From Paramecium tetraurelia (lineage: Eukaryota), in assembly GCA_000165425.1 (NCBI GenBank), contig CT868042.1, positions 1-64,000 of the forward strand: DNA of 64,000 nucleotides, read 5' to 3'. Below, one piece after another: positions 25,238 to 38,174 of this stretch. The position numbers were made by a program, and so were the translations under genes. Under the pieces are notes generated by a model, which was not told the origin of the DNA, did not search any database, and worked only from the letters and a program-made list of their open reading frames with translations. Each line of letters opens with the position of its first letter. The first letter of the stretch is position 1.

Positions 25238-27883
25238 ATGTCCTCGTATCACAGCAGCGATCCCTACGAATTGTATTATATCACCCATCAATTCCTTTAG
25301 TTTACATTATTGCAATGATCAAGACCAACATATTCATGATTAAAACAAATTGTTTATTGAAAATCTTGTGATTTATGATGTTAAATACTAGGTAAATAAA
25401 ATAAATCATTCATTCTAGATTCACCATCACAAAACAGTCCTACAAATATTCAATGGCCAGAATCAACTACTCAAAACTTTATGGGGTAATATCTCCTAAT
25501 TCCATTGTAGGGTTCTAAGATGTCCAATTTCCCACTCATTCAAACTTGGATTAAATAATCAAGGACTCAATTGAAAGCAATCTAGTTGTAACATAATCAT
25601 AACTAATTCAGCAAACTGTCTATAGTCAGACCTACCCAGGAGGTTAATTATTTAAGATTGGATACTAGAAGGAAATCGATGCCTGGTTAATCTATTCTAA
25701 TAATCTCACTATTGTGGCATAAAAGTCTGATGATTTATCCGAATTTGCATTCCAAAGATTTGATTCAGCAGTCTAAGTAGCTGAGTTATGGTTCAATATT
25801 TTGAATGAATGTAAATCAATATCTTTATTCTAGTCAGCCAAGAAAAAATTACTAATTTGAAATTTGATTTTCACAATCGAACTGTGTATGGTCATATCAT
25901 CAATCAAGAATCTCTGATCTATCACCCTGATGACATTCTACAATTTATTGGCATTGTCGACGTGAATTTCGAACAATCCCAATAATTATTCTGCTTTTAC
26001 GGATTACCACATCCAAAAACATCCTAATTCAAATTGCAATTAAAATTACTCTAAAAACACATAGAGAGAATTCAAAGAAGTGATATTGAATTAGAATCAG
26101 CAGGAGTTATCCTATATTTCCATGATCAATACTATGTTGTGCACACAGCTGAGTATTTAATTTACAAACATATTCAATCCATGTTATTGAATGAATAACA
26201 CATTGAAGGAGACTTTAAATAATTTGTAAAAGCCTTGTAAGTTAAACCCCCTAGACCATTTAAGTTTTATGAGAGCATATATGCAGAAGGCATGAAAATT
26301 CTGGAAAATTACAATAAGATGGAAAATACTATCAAATTTAATTTTAATGACTTCGTCACTATTATCTTGTACAACATCTTCAACAACAAGACTTTCAAAT
26401 GGAATCAATTAAGTTCTATTAAAGATTATAGAGCCTCTTGGGCATCCTATCAACCAAACTCACTAACAAGAATACCAGTTTATACAGGTGAAGATCTCTA
26501 AAAGAACCCAGAAAATGTGTTTTTAATTATACCTGTATGTGTTAATGGAGTTGGTGTGTCAACCTTTGCAAGAACATTTCAATCCTTCTATTCCCAAACC
26601 TAAATTGTCAGTGATATCTAAGATGCCAAAATTAGAGACAATTATGTTATTATCCTAGAACATAATCACACTCCAGAAGAAGCATAGTCCATCCTATCTA
26701 GATGTAGTTAATTTTACAACAAAATCATCCTGTATCCATATACCAAAAAGTCTTATAATCAATTGAAATTACCTTTTTCATATGAATTGCTTATTACTGC
26801 CATGAAAAGAACATGTACTTCTCTAGAAAAAGTTCAATATTTCGTTAAGAAGGCTAAGACATTTGAGAATTTTAAAGTAAGCTCACTTTAAGTAAATGGA
26901 GTAATTGAATTTCCATTTGTTGATGAAGATCTAAAGATTGATCATGAATACCTCGAGGATGACTTATTGGATGTATTTGATAACGATTCAAAAAAGAATT
27001 TAAATCAATTCTTTAAGAGTCTCAAAGAGATTCATCTTTAAAATTAGAATAATGATACTTTCGATGAGGAAATCAAGAATATTATTCACTAGTTATTCCC
27101 CAAAGTCACAAAGATTACTAAGCATCAACCAATTAAAGTAGACGATGTTGTGAGAAAGGAAAGCGAAGACATAGTAGTTCATGAGAAAAAGAATAAATTA
27201 CCCAAAAAGGAAAAGCATGTCCAATATGATCCAACTTATTTACCAAATTCACTTAGTTTCTAACTCAAAGGAGGATACAATATGAAAGATAGAATAAATA
27301 GATGGATTTTAGATTGTTTAGTAATTTAATAAATTTAATTATCTTTTAGAATGCAGGTAATTCACATTTTAAAAATGATGAAGTTTACCAAAAAATTGTT
27401 AACATCTTCTAGAAATAGACCTTTGAGAATGGTGAATAGCATTTCATCCCAGAAAAGGAACTCAAATTAGAGTTATTAACGATCAACTAAAATGATTAGA
27501 GTGTTAGATAGTTACCTTATTTCAAAGATTTTGTATAAGACAAAGAAGCAGAAATATTTATTAAGACCTTGTTTGTGAGTTTTGATGGTTTGATTGCTGG
27601 TCTTGCTCATTAAACATCATTGGCATGTTAAAGTCCTTATCCCCACATTCCATTTTATTTCAAAAATCTTAAAGTAAGAGACAGTCTTTCTGTGATATCA
27701 TAAACCATTTTATCAAATCAAGTTCTAAAGTAAGCATTTAAAGATGGACAACTCTCCAAAGTCACAAACCAACCACTGTTTTCCTCTGAAGACATTAAAT
27801 ACAGAGGCAAGACTTACAGAGTTTATGTAATTTCATTGTAAGATGGCATTAAAGTTAGTGCCATCTCTACAGATAGATTATGA
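25238..27883 (+). CDS. Trl1/plant RNL-type tRNA-ligase-like protein (ligase-kinase-2H phosphodiesterase) with degenerate active sites
   Basis: Ligase-like motifs (WLIYSNN, RTVYGH, ESAGVILYF, HTAEYLIYK), kinase-like LIIPVCVNGVGVSTF..IILEHNHTP..PFSYELLITAMKR, and CPD-like ..LIAGLAH..SPYPHIPF, in the canonical order. About five short introns. Confidence 0.7.
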
Positions 27884-27948
27884 TGTGAGTATTATAAAAA
27901 ATACATAAATATAGATTTATATCTGCTTATTTATCTATTTTAATAATG

Positions 27949-28903
27949 TCATTAAGCTGGTTTTTCAGCTGGTTTCTCAGCTGGTTTTTCAGCTGGCTTC
28001 TCACCTTAAGGTTGTTCTTGAGGTTTTTCACCACCTTCTTATGTCTAAGGATTTTATGCAGCTTCTTCAGCCTTCTTTTTTTCTTCCTCAGCTTTAATTT
28101 TATCTTCTTCTTCCTTTTTCAATCTCTCTTCTTCAGCTTTCTTTGCAGCTTCCTCTTCTGCAATTCTCTTATTCTCTGCTTCTATTTTCTCCCTCTCTTG
28201 TCTTTCCTTCTCTTCCTTCTCTTCTTACTCCTTTCTCTTTCTTTCATTTTCTTCTCTAATTGCTTCTTGCCTTGCAAATTCCTCTTCCTTCATCCTTATG
28301 TAAGCCTAAAAGGTTGGTTTTGATTTCTTTTCAATTGGTTTTTCTTGCTTCTTTTCTTTGGTTGTGGCATAACCCTTAACATCTTTGCCATTTTAGAGAT
28401 CATCAAGAAATCTTTTAATTCTCTCCACTGTAGGTGCAACACAAGGAAACAAACCAGAATTCTTTTTAGAGTAGATTATCTTGTCTACTTTAGATATTAA
28501 TGCATTACTTTAATGAGTTATTTCAAATGCTCCGATGGAAGGTTTCTAAATTGAATGATTAACTACGCAGAACGAATTTGGAATTGCAGCTTCAACAGCT
28601 AGTGTATTAAATAATAACTTATGTTACCATCCTTAAATTCATGATATAATTTTGCATATCGAAGTTCGTCATGCTGTGTACAAAACGAATGTGATTTTTA
28701 GCAATTGATGCAGACTTCAAAATTAATCACTATTGCATTTGGAGGAATTGGTTTATTAGATAAGTCTAAGTAATTCTTGGCAGGAGGCTTTTACTACTGT
28801 TGGGTTTGTTACTACTGTTACTATTCTTCTTTTGGCTTTTCTTCTCCTTCTTCTTTTGGTTTCTAGTGATGAATGAAATGGATACTTCTTCAGGAGGTTG
28901 CAT
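27949..28903 (-). CDS. Rdx (SelT/SelW/SelH-like) thioredoxin-fold protein with CxxC and a charged coiled-coil tail
   Basis: INFEVCINCQKSHSFCTQHDE...PSIGAFEITH...IYSKKNSGLFP, then an E/K/R-rich helix and EKPA repeats. TGA at 27949. Confidence 0.78.
27955..28002 (-). repeat. 12-bp coding minisatellite (EKPA x4)
   Basis: GAG AAG CCA GCT GAA AAA CCA GCT GAG AAA CCA GCT GAA AAA CCA GCT on the minus strand. Confidence 0.9.
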
Positions 28904-29007
28904 TTTTTATTATTTAATTTAATTGTTTCTAGATGTTTTGGAATGTTTAATTATGAATAGTTAAAATTTAGAATAATCAAAGTAATTATAATTATTATTA
29001 AATAAAC

Positions 29008-29792
29008 ATGGAAGATGAGGAGATCTGTTAAAACATACAATAAGGAGATGTAAAGAGTCTTATCAATATTAAAGTGCTCCAAAAGTGTTATATCTCTAAG
29101 GGAATCTTTCAATGATTATCCTTCATTCTAAAATCCTTTTAAATTGCATAATGAAAAATATTTAAAACTTTCTAAGTTATTGGAAGAAAAAAATGAGAGT
29201 CAGGAAGTGTAAAAGATATTGGAAGAGGGAGAGTTTAATTAGGAGGATGAGTATTATGCAGCATTTCAAAAAATAGAAGAGAATTATAAAGAAAATAACT
29301 TTGCTTAATAAGCTAAGCCAAATTTCTAGACAAAAGTAGCTTATCAATTAACAGATGAATATTTGAGACAATTGAAGAGTAGTTAACTTTAATTGTTTGG
29401 TTTGATTTATAGCAGCAACAAAATCAATGAGAATATTGGTCATTTTTTGATTCTTAAAAACCAATAAATAGAATCGATTTTAAGTAAAGATTTTAATAGA
29501 ATTATCATTTTTAGATGTGTAATAAGAAAATGAGGTAACTTCTGCATTCAAAGAGAATGAATTGACTAAATTATGTGCGATTTTGGGATGCGATGAGTTC
29601 TTCAATGAGGAGAGAGAAAAACAAGTGGCTTCTTTGAGTTTAAAAACACAATTATACTTGTTGAAATTTAATAATCAGAGAGGGTTGGTAAGTTGCTAGA
29701 ACTATGTAAATGGAGTTGCATCACCTATTGGAATCTAGGAGATAACGGTGAGACATTTCGAAGGAGTGAGACAATACTGGATAAAGTAATGA
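29008..29792 (+). CDS. Hypothetical protein (~240 aa)
   Basis: MEDEEICQNIQQGD..., two short introns, ends RHFEGVRQYWIKQ-TGA. Confidence 0.7.
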
Positions 29793-29828
29793 GATTAATA
29801 ATTACAGTATGTAATCGTAATTTAATTA

Positions 29829-30836
29829 TCAAAACAATTTGGTGTGAAATCCTGTGCTGTTTCTTAATTATTAATCGGCATTGTAGTATTGTTTAATAAA
29901 CTTAGTAATTTGAGCAGAGGCATCAAATTCTGCTAATAAATTCTTACTTATCGATGATCTAGTAACATTCAATTTCCTTATCATATTTGGTTTTTCTGTT
30001 TTGAGTTTTCGATCTGGACTATTTTGAATAGATTGACTTTGAGAGTAATATTGCTTGATTTTGGCTGGTTCTGGAGGAGTATTGTTTCTTCTTATGATAG
30101 TGCCTTGAATGTCTTTTTTGAAATTGAGGAATTGCAATTGTTCTTTAGCTTGTAGGATGATTTTCGAATTTTCCAAGAGGAGTGTGTTGGATAGATTGCG
30201 TAATTGATGGACTTCTTTGAGGATAGCCTTTAATTTGAATTTGATGGCAGAGGACATTTGGGGAGAATTTAATTTGCCTTCTGATGCTATAATTCGAAGA
30301 TGCTCGCTTTCTATTGCATAGGTTTGGAGTTGAGTTTAGAAGAGGACTAGTTTGTCTTTTAATCTGTGGATCTTGTCTTGGGCCTTCTTTTTGAGAGCCT
30401 CATATTATTGACGATAATTATCCTTGTCTTCTTTTTTTTATCTATTTAATTCTTCGTATTTAGTCCGTTAATCGATTAACTTCTATTGGAGTTCTGCTTT
30501 CTACAATTCGATTTGTTGATTGCAAGCCTTGAGGATGAGAAACTCTGTGTTGAGTTCATCATAACGGTGTTTCCATTAATCCTGCTATGCATCGTGAAAT
30601 TCATCAATAATTGATTATCTAGTATGTTAGCTATTTTACTTGTACTTCGAACAATTATTACAATACTTACCGATGGATTCTTTCATTTCATATTCCAGTT
30701 GTTTGATTTCGATAAAGAAGGACTCCATTGCATGTTTCAATTCTAATTCCAGTCCTTCTGATGGCTCAAACTCTTTCGAAATGATCCGCATCAATTGCTA
30801 AGTGAATTATTACTGTTGTATCAGAATCCCTTGCAT
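29829..30836 (-). CDS. Coiled-coil protein, unknown function
   Basis: MQGILIQQQQFTQQLMRIISKEFEP..., E/K/Q-rich helix. Includes the tracked 128-aa ORF, which continues through TAA to TGA at 29829. Confidence 0.72.
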
Positions 30837-30943
30837 TTAATTAGGTGCAATATATTTTAATTTATATGTGTTAATCATGTATTATTTTGCAATAATCATT
30901 TCTTGTTTACATAATCAAAAATACAGTTTTATTTTTATTAATA

Positions 30944-33900
30944 ATGAATACTTAAGAAAAATTAGATTAAATATCGGAACAGGTAGATTCTCTAAATAGG
31001 AAATACGGAGAGAGGAGTATCTCCCCCACTCAAGACTCCCAAAGAAAAAATAGTACCCATTCAATTATATAAAAGTGCGTCGAATCAAAAGCAGTGGTCA
31101 ATCCCTCAAAACATTCAATATGAAACCTCAATAACAAAACTTTCTAAAATCCTCCAAAGAAACATCTGGAGGAGGATTCTATTAGAGATCTTAAATAATG
31201 GGTACATCATTTCCTTCAATACGTACAAGAGATAAATAGAAGTAATAATGTAAATAATTCAAGTAATGAATCAAAATAAGTGAATGCTAAGAAAGAAGAG
31301 AGTGTGAGTTTGGCTCACATAGATTCAATAGTGGGGATCAAATCTCTACTGGGACCCAATCATCATTGTCACTTCGAAATTTAAGTAAAACATCTTGTTG
31401 CCAAATTGGTAAAATATGTCCATCTAACATTATAAGGAAGCCAGTGAATAGTTAACAATCAAAGCCAAGGAAGAATTGGAGAGTGTAATTTGGATGGTCA
31501 AGAATTATAATAGTGAAGGTTTGATATCCAAGTTATTACAATTGTAATAATTGAAAAATGAATTAGAGAAGGATCAACAATTGATGAGGGAGGAAATAGA
31601 AATGCTGGGAATGCAGAGAGATGATTGGTAATCCAAGTATTAGGAGATTTATGAGAAACTATTGAAAATGCAAGGTATTGAAAATGATCTGCATGATGCA
31701 TTACATAAATTGTAGATGTCAAATGAGTCATTAGAATAAATTAACAGGAGATTGAGAGAAAAGCAATTGGAAGTTTAGGATTGGCAAAGGAAATGCAATA
31801 CTCATGATGAATAATTTAAAATCAGGATCACCAAATTGGAAGAAACATTAAAAGAAAAAGAAACATAAATTTAACAATTACAAAAGAAATTATAAAGATT
31901 AGATAGTGAAAATGCATTCCTACAATAAGAGATGAGGAACAAGACAGAAAAATTGGAAGAAGAACAAAGAAGATCAAAATAATTACATGCCGAGTTATTA
32001 GATACTAGAGTCAATAAGGTTTAGAATTTGTAAGATGAAATTGTCAAGTAAAAGAAAGTCATCCAATAGAGAGTAGAAGAAATTGAAGAACAAGAGAAAA
32101 AGAATAAATTATTGAATGTAAATTATTGTTCATTATTGTAGAATAAACTCAATCTATTAGAAACGTAATTGAAGAATTTTGATGATGTGGCTAGATAAGA
32201 AAAAGAAGAGTTAGAAAAAGGATGGTAGAAGAAGTATAAGGAATTGGAGAAATAGAGTGTCTAATACAAAAGAGATTTGAATTAGTTGGAAATACAATTA
32301 TAATAAGTTGATTTGTTAGTCTAATAGAAAGAGCAAGAAGTAGAATAAGCAGTAGTTAAAGTTAAAGAACTATCAGATTTAAATGAGAGGCAACTATAAA
32401 CTCTGCAAGCCAATTCTATTGAAATACTTAGATTGAATCAGGAAGTCTAAGAGAAGGATTAAGATTTAGAATATGCAGAATAATAAAATGAAGAAATCTC
32501 CAAAGAACGAACTACTTTGATGGATAGAATTGGAGAATAAAACAATGAGATTTCTGATCTTAAATAATAGGCATTTTAAATGAAGAAGGAGTTGGAGGGT
32601 ATGAAATGGGAGAAACAAGATTCAGATAGAAAATTGGAGAGGCTAAATGAATAGATCGCATAGGCTAATCAAAGTTCAGATCAATTTAGATAATAATTAG
32701 ATGAAGAGATCAAGAAAACATACTCATTGTATTCTGAAATCAATAAGTTGAAATAAGACATTGAAGACTTAAAGGTCTAACATCAAAAGGAAATGTAATA
32801 GCAATAGAAGGTTATTGATGGTAAAGATGAGGAAATAAAGAAATTGCATGATAAATTATAAGAATTCTAGGATCAAGATAAAGATCTATCAGACAAATTA
32901 AAAAAGTTGATGAATGAGAATGAGAATAATTCGAAGTTGATTTAGTAATTGTAGAATGAAAAATTAGAGTTGGAATAATAAATTGAAGAGCTAAAGAAAT
33001 TGCTTTCTCAATATGAATAACAAACTATAGAATTCTAGAAGGAAAAACAATAATTACTGTAGAAAATAGAAGAAATCCAAAACGATAAGACTGAAGTCCA
33101 ACTATTGAATGCTGAAATAGAAAAGTTAAAAGCTGATTTAGACTCAAAAAAAAACTATGACGAATTGAAAGAAATGGCTAGTCAAATTAATACGGTTTAT
33201 GAAGAAAAGGTGTAGTTGGAAAAACAAAAGAATGAATTGCAAATTTAATTAAATAAAACAACTGAAGAACTTAAAGAATGGAAAGACAAATATGCTAAAT
33301 TAGAAAATGATAAGAAAAATAGTGATGCTTTATACGCTTAATTTAAAGAGAGGTCAGAACAGTAGCAAGAAATTTATTTAACACAAATCAAAGGAATGGA
33401 AAAAAAGAACTTTTAACTTAATGAGGAATACTAAAAATGCCTAGACAAAATCGATATTTTAGAAGAAGCCCTCTAAAATTAGAGTAAAGATATTAAAATC
33501 ATTCCAAAATAAGCCTAAATCCCTCTTCATAGAAATAATACATTTCAACAGATCTTTGTTGAGGACAAGGTGTTTTCTAAGGATTCTACAAATGAAGAAA
33601 TTCAATTGAAATTCTCAGAAATTGATTTTACAAGATCGAAAGGACATCTTACAATTTGCTTTTGGGTTAAAATTGATAGAACTAATTCTAAAGAAATGCT
33701 TCCTATCCTCAAAATTAGCACTGAAAACAAGAAGCTTCTAGAAATGGGTGTTTATTTAGATAGCAAATAGGTGTATAGTACTTTCATTCCTAACAATCAT
33801 CCCAAAAACACTAAATAACAGAATCCATTAACAGTTACCTCCTAACTATCAATTAAATTAGGAGAATTTTAATTGTTAGCCCTTATTTTAAACGAATCAG

Positions 33901-35715
33901 GCTAATATATGGATATGGGTTTGTGTTTGAATGGAGTTAGAGATGATTAGGTTTCAATTTCCACTTCTTTAATCTTCCCAGAGGCTCAATTGTCATTTGG
34001 AAAATACACCACTCATCATCTTGTATTAAAGGATTGTTTAGTAATAACTGAGAATTTACAAAGAATCAACATATTTAAAGAAGTATATTAAACATTCTAT
34101 CAAAAATATAATGGAGTTAAGAAAATGAGTAGAAGATATGGATAGAAGAAAGAAAGTATCTCCTATTTATCTGCAGGAGATTTGATATTCTTTTTGATTT
34201 AACAACATGAATAATCTCCCCCGAAATCAGGAAGCAGATCTAAATCCCCTCCCCCAACTTAAGCAGTAATTATCAATAATCGAACCATTCCAGCTGGATT
34301 AGTTAGTTAATATGAATTAGCAAATACCTAAACAAAAACTGAAGAAACCAAGCCAGAAGAGATTCAAGAATAACCTTAATGGAGCAGGAAGTATTCAATG
34401 GATAAACTCAAGAAGTTTTTATATACAAATTTCAATTATAAGAGGTTGTTGAGTCCATTCACTGAAAATTATGATTACATTAGTTTGGGATTACAATTAT
34501 TACAACCACCACGAAATGATGAGTAACCTCCTACCAAATTTCATAAAGTGATCAAACCAAAAATCCAATTATCTCCCTATTATATGATGCCTTATAAATA
34601 GTTTCTTCAATATATCCAATTTGTGGGATTATTAAGAGTAACCTTTGAAGAATTACACGATTTGTGTGAATTAATGGAAGTAATCTATACAAGTGACAAA
34701 GTACAATATATTCACTATGATCACTTTCTGATTGTGTTAAGAGAATGTATTATGACAAGGGCTGACTTAAAGAAGAAAAAGGAGTTAGAAAAAGGTGAGC
34801 CTCAACCACCACAAGTAATCGAATCCTATAGATATACTTATAAGGAAATCATCATAAAATCAACAGGCAAGGAAGAGCAAGAAGTTGAATTGTTTAATGC
34901 TGTTGAAGTAACAGAGGTTTCAATTATAAAAAATGAATAAGAAACTCAATTAGAAATCAAATTAAAAAATGATTCCGTACAGACCTTCCCTCTTGAACAT
35001 TTGCCTGCAGCATTTGTTGGTACATTGAATCTAAGCTAGTAAAGAAAGTTGAGTTTTATCTTTTCCAATGATTCACAAATTAATGAGATCAAAACAGAGA
35101 CCAATTCATTATTGTTGGGAGAGTAAAGTGAAATCACATTGAATCATGAAGTAGAATTAGATGAAAATGAAAAAATAGTCAAATTTAGCATATAAGATAA
35201 ACAAATAAGAATAGTGATCTAAAATTCTAAGAAAATACTTGAAGAAATTCCAGTAATAATCTTATTAGTTATATTAGCCACTTGAGATGGATCCAGAAAC
35301 TGAATTGGAAACTTTGAGTTTACCTTAAGTTCCAGACAATTGGAATCTTGGCAAATTCTATGTCAATATTACCAGATGCTAAAATTGTGATAAGCACCAA
35401 TAGACTACAAGGCATTAAGAGAAAGATTTTATAGAGAAGACAGAATATGTAACAAATATTCTCAAGGAACTATTTCCTAATGTTGAAATTATTGAAAATG
35501 AAGATAAGACTGACAAATTGGAAAACTTTGAAGTGTATATCAAAAATTCTCTTGGTCCTGAAAAGATCATGCTTCTTCAGAAACAAGAGAATATGAATAA
35601 GTTTAAAGATCATTTTAATGATAAATTGCCCAATCTATTTGAAAAATTAATGCGCATAATCAATTTTCATGGTACAACAGAGAAGTTGGGACAGGAGTAG
35701 GAAAAGTTAAAGTGA
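30944..35715 (+). CDS. Large multidomain protein: long coiled coil, LamG/ConA-like domain, EF-hand-like segment, C-terminal Rdx-like CxxC..H..H domain
   Basis: E/K/Q-rich heptads ~31.5-33.5 kb. HLTICFWVKI...LLALIL...LCLNG (LamG-like) at 33.6-34.0 kb. VNITRCQNCDKHQQTTRHQEKDF...LFP...ENFEVYI at 35.36-35.55 kb. TGA at 35713-35715. Confidence 0.78.
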
Positions 35716-35786
35716 AGATTAATTAAATAACAATATAAAATATTTATATTATTTATAATGTACTATTAAATGTGGTATAAATGCAC

Positions 35787-36283
35787 TCATTTTCCAACAA
35801 AACCTTTAAGGTAAGTTTCCTTTTAAGCTCTGATGACTTCTCTCTTGTCTGTCTTTCTAGACATGTAAATCTTTGTTTTTTCAGCGCCTCTGGTTTTCTT
35901 TAACTTAGACTTGACTTCCTTCCATCCCTTTCTGCTACCGTCTCTCTTTGGAATGATGCCTCTTCTTCTCAATCTGAATTTTGGTTCGAATTTGAGAAGA
36001 TATCTATGTTAATTGGAAACTCAATACTATTATGTATCGTAGATCAAAGCAAATCCAGTTGTTCTATTTCCTCCGAATGTTGTTCTAAGACCATACACGA
36101 CAACATTTCTTTCGTCTGCCTTGTATTTGCTTGCTAATTCCTTAACAACTGATTCCTATGAGGGAGTTGGCTTATTTGGATGGAGTAATTCGACACTCTA
36201 AAGTTAATTGATCACTATACTAATTGTCTTCTGTTCAAAACTTTGTTTAAGAGTACCTTCCTGGTTTTTACTATGAATGTCAT
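35787..36283 (-). CDS. RPS24: 40S ribosomal protein S24 (eS24)
   Basis: [33 protein letters not shown]...[21 protein letters not shown]...[10 protein letters not shown]. Two short introns. Confidence 0.96.
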
Positions 36284-36611
36284 CTTCTTGAATAATTCAA
36301 AATAAATTAAATCTTTTTTATTAAAATATAACACAACACGAATAGCTCTCCATCATTACTTTTTTAATTTAAATTTTAGTAATTATATAAAGAAATAATG
36401 TGCAAATATATTTAATTAGTTAGATAATCATTAAAATACTTAGATTTTTATTAAATCTAAGACCCAACATAGAACTCGTCTTAAGTATTAAGTTTAAATA
36501 AATTAATTTTCTATTTCTATGAACAAAAAATTATTTAATAACAATATAAAGATGAGAATAAGATTATATATTCTTATCACTTCTTATAAATAATTTATCA
36601 AGTATTACCAT

Positions 36612-38174
36612 TCAAGGATAACTAATCTAAAATGTTTAATACCCTTGATGTTTCTCATCCCAAAAAACCAAATATTTTCCATCATTCGTGACAGCACCTT
36701 ATACTTTTATTCCATTAGATCGCAAAAAAGATTATAATTCTAACTTACTATTTAGAATATAAATAAATGATTAAAGCTTGAAATATAACAGCTATTTGTC
36801 CTTATTGTATAAAATTGGAAATAATCGTTAAGGTTAATCTTAGAATACTAAATCAACAAATTGGGTAATTTGTCCTTCTAAATCTTGAAATAGAAAAGCA
36901 CTATGATAATTCTCAGATATTAGGATAAATCTGTCTTCATCAATAAATTTAAGTTACGGTCTATTTATTTTAAACACCTACGTAACAAAGTGTTTGAATT
37001 AAAAACGATTTTGCTGACTTTATATTTTTTCCCAAACGATAATTTATTCCTAGCCCTGTACACCAGATATTGCACTATCTTTTGCACAAGATACTAAAAT
37101 GGTTTCCAATTCATTGAGGCTCAACGAACTTACTAATCGATCATGTTTTTTTAAATCATATTTTTTGCTTAATTGATCCTATTCATTGAACTACCAAACC
37201 TAAATTGAATTATCTGTGCTTCCAAAGAAAATTTATTCCTCCTTTAGGTCTGTAGAAATGCAAGTGAAACTGAAGTTATTCAGACATATAGTCTGCTAAC
37301 AACTCCATTGGGAGTTGAAAAACCAGGTTTTTATAGTCTAATCTGAACTAGAAATAAAATTATTTTTCAACTTTAAGAAAAACAAGTATTAAACAAAGTT
37401 TTCGTGACCTTTTAAAGTTTACATTAATTTAAGATGCCCATCCTTAAATTCCCATACTTTTATGAAGCTATCTAAAGTAGATATCATAATTGATCCTTGA
37501 TTATTAAAAGCCACTGCTCTACATTATTCCTTTTATTCCTTTAAATCCCCAATTTTATTGATATTAATTTTCTATTCTCGAATAATTATTTTTTTTTTTT
37601 ATTAATTATAACATCCAGAATAATCTATATTTACAACTTCCTTTAATATTAATTGTAAATCATTATAATCAGATTCTTTTGAAAACTAAGCACTAAGTTT
37701 TTTTTCAAAAGACTATTTATTCAAAATAATTTAATTAATAAGCTCCTTTTCATATTTACTTTCTTCATTCTTTCCTATTTGTTAAACCTCATCAATTAGG
37801 CTATACTCTAATATTTTATCTTTCATTGAAGCAAAATAAGTATCCCAAACATTCAAAATTTATTCTATTGTATTTAATTTTGTCAACATATTTTGCCTAA
37901 AAGATTCACATTTTTCCTTCAATTCGTTAAATTTTGTGATATTATCGTTTATTCTTTTATATAATTTTTCTCGATTTATTTATAATTTGTTTTCAATGAT
38001 TGATTTTACAGAGTCTAATCCAGAGATTTCCATTTTCTCACGTAATGTTTCTAAGCATATTTTACACACAATTCGTTTTTCTCCTTTGAAATTTGGACTA
38101 ATATCAGCTGCGATTATTTTTTTATTATGTTCATTACAGATATTTTCCTTCATAGAAAATTTTTTTTTTTCCAT
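36612..38174 (-). CDS. WD40-repeat protein with N-terminal CxxH...CxxC motif and coiled coil (520 aa)
   Basis: ICNEHNKKIIAADIS...RIVCKICL, helical segment, then CRAVAFNNQGS..IKVWEF, GHENFVQYL..SSSDQTIKTW, HDRLVSSLSLN. Ends WDEKHQGYQTFQISYP-TGA. 1563 nt, intronless. Confidence 0.85.

Noticed and set aside
27946..28323. 125-aa Phe/Leu-rich plus-strand ORF as a membrane protein
   Set aside because: Antisense shadow of the E/K-rich tail of the minus-strand Rdx-like gene.
37589..37600. T12 run as a frameshift in the WD40 gene
   Set aside because: The frame is preserved through it (Lys codons) and gene length is divisible by 3.
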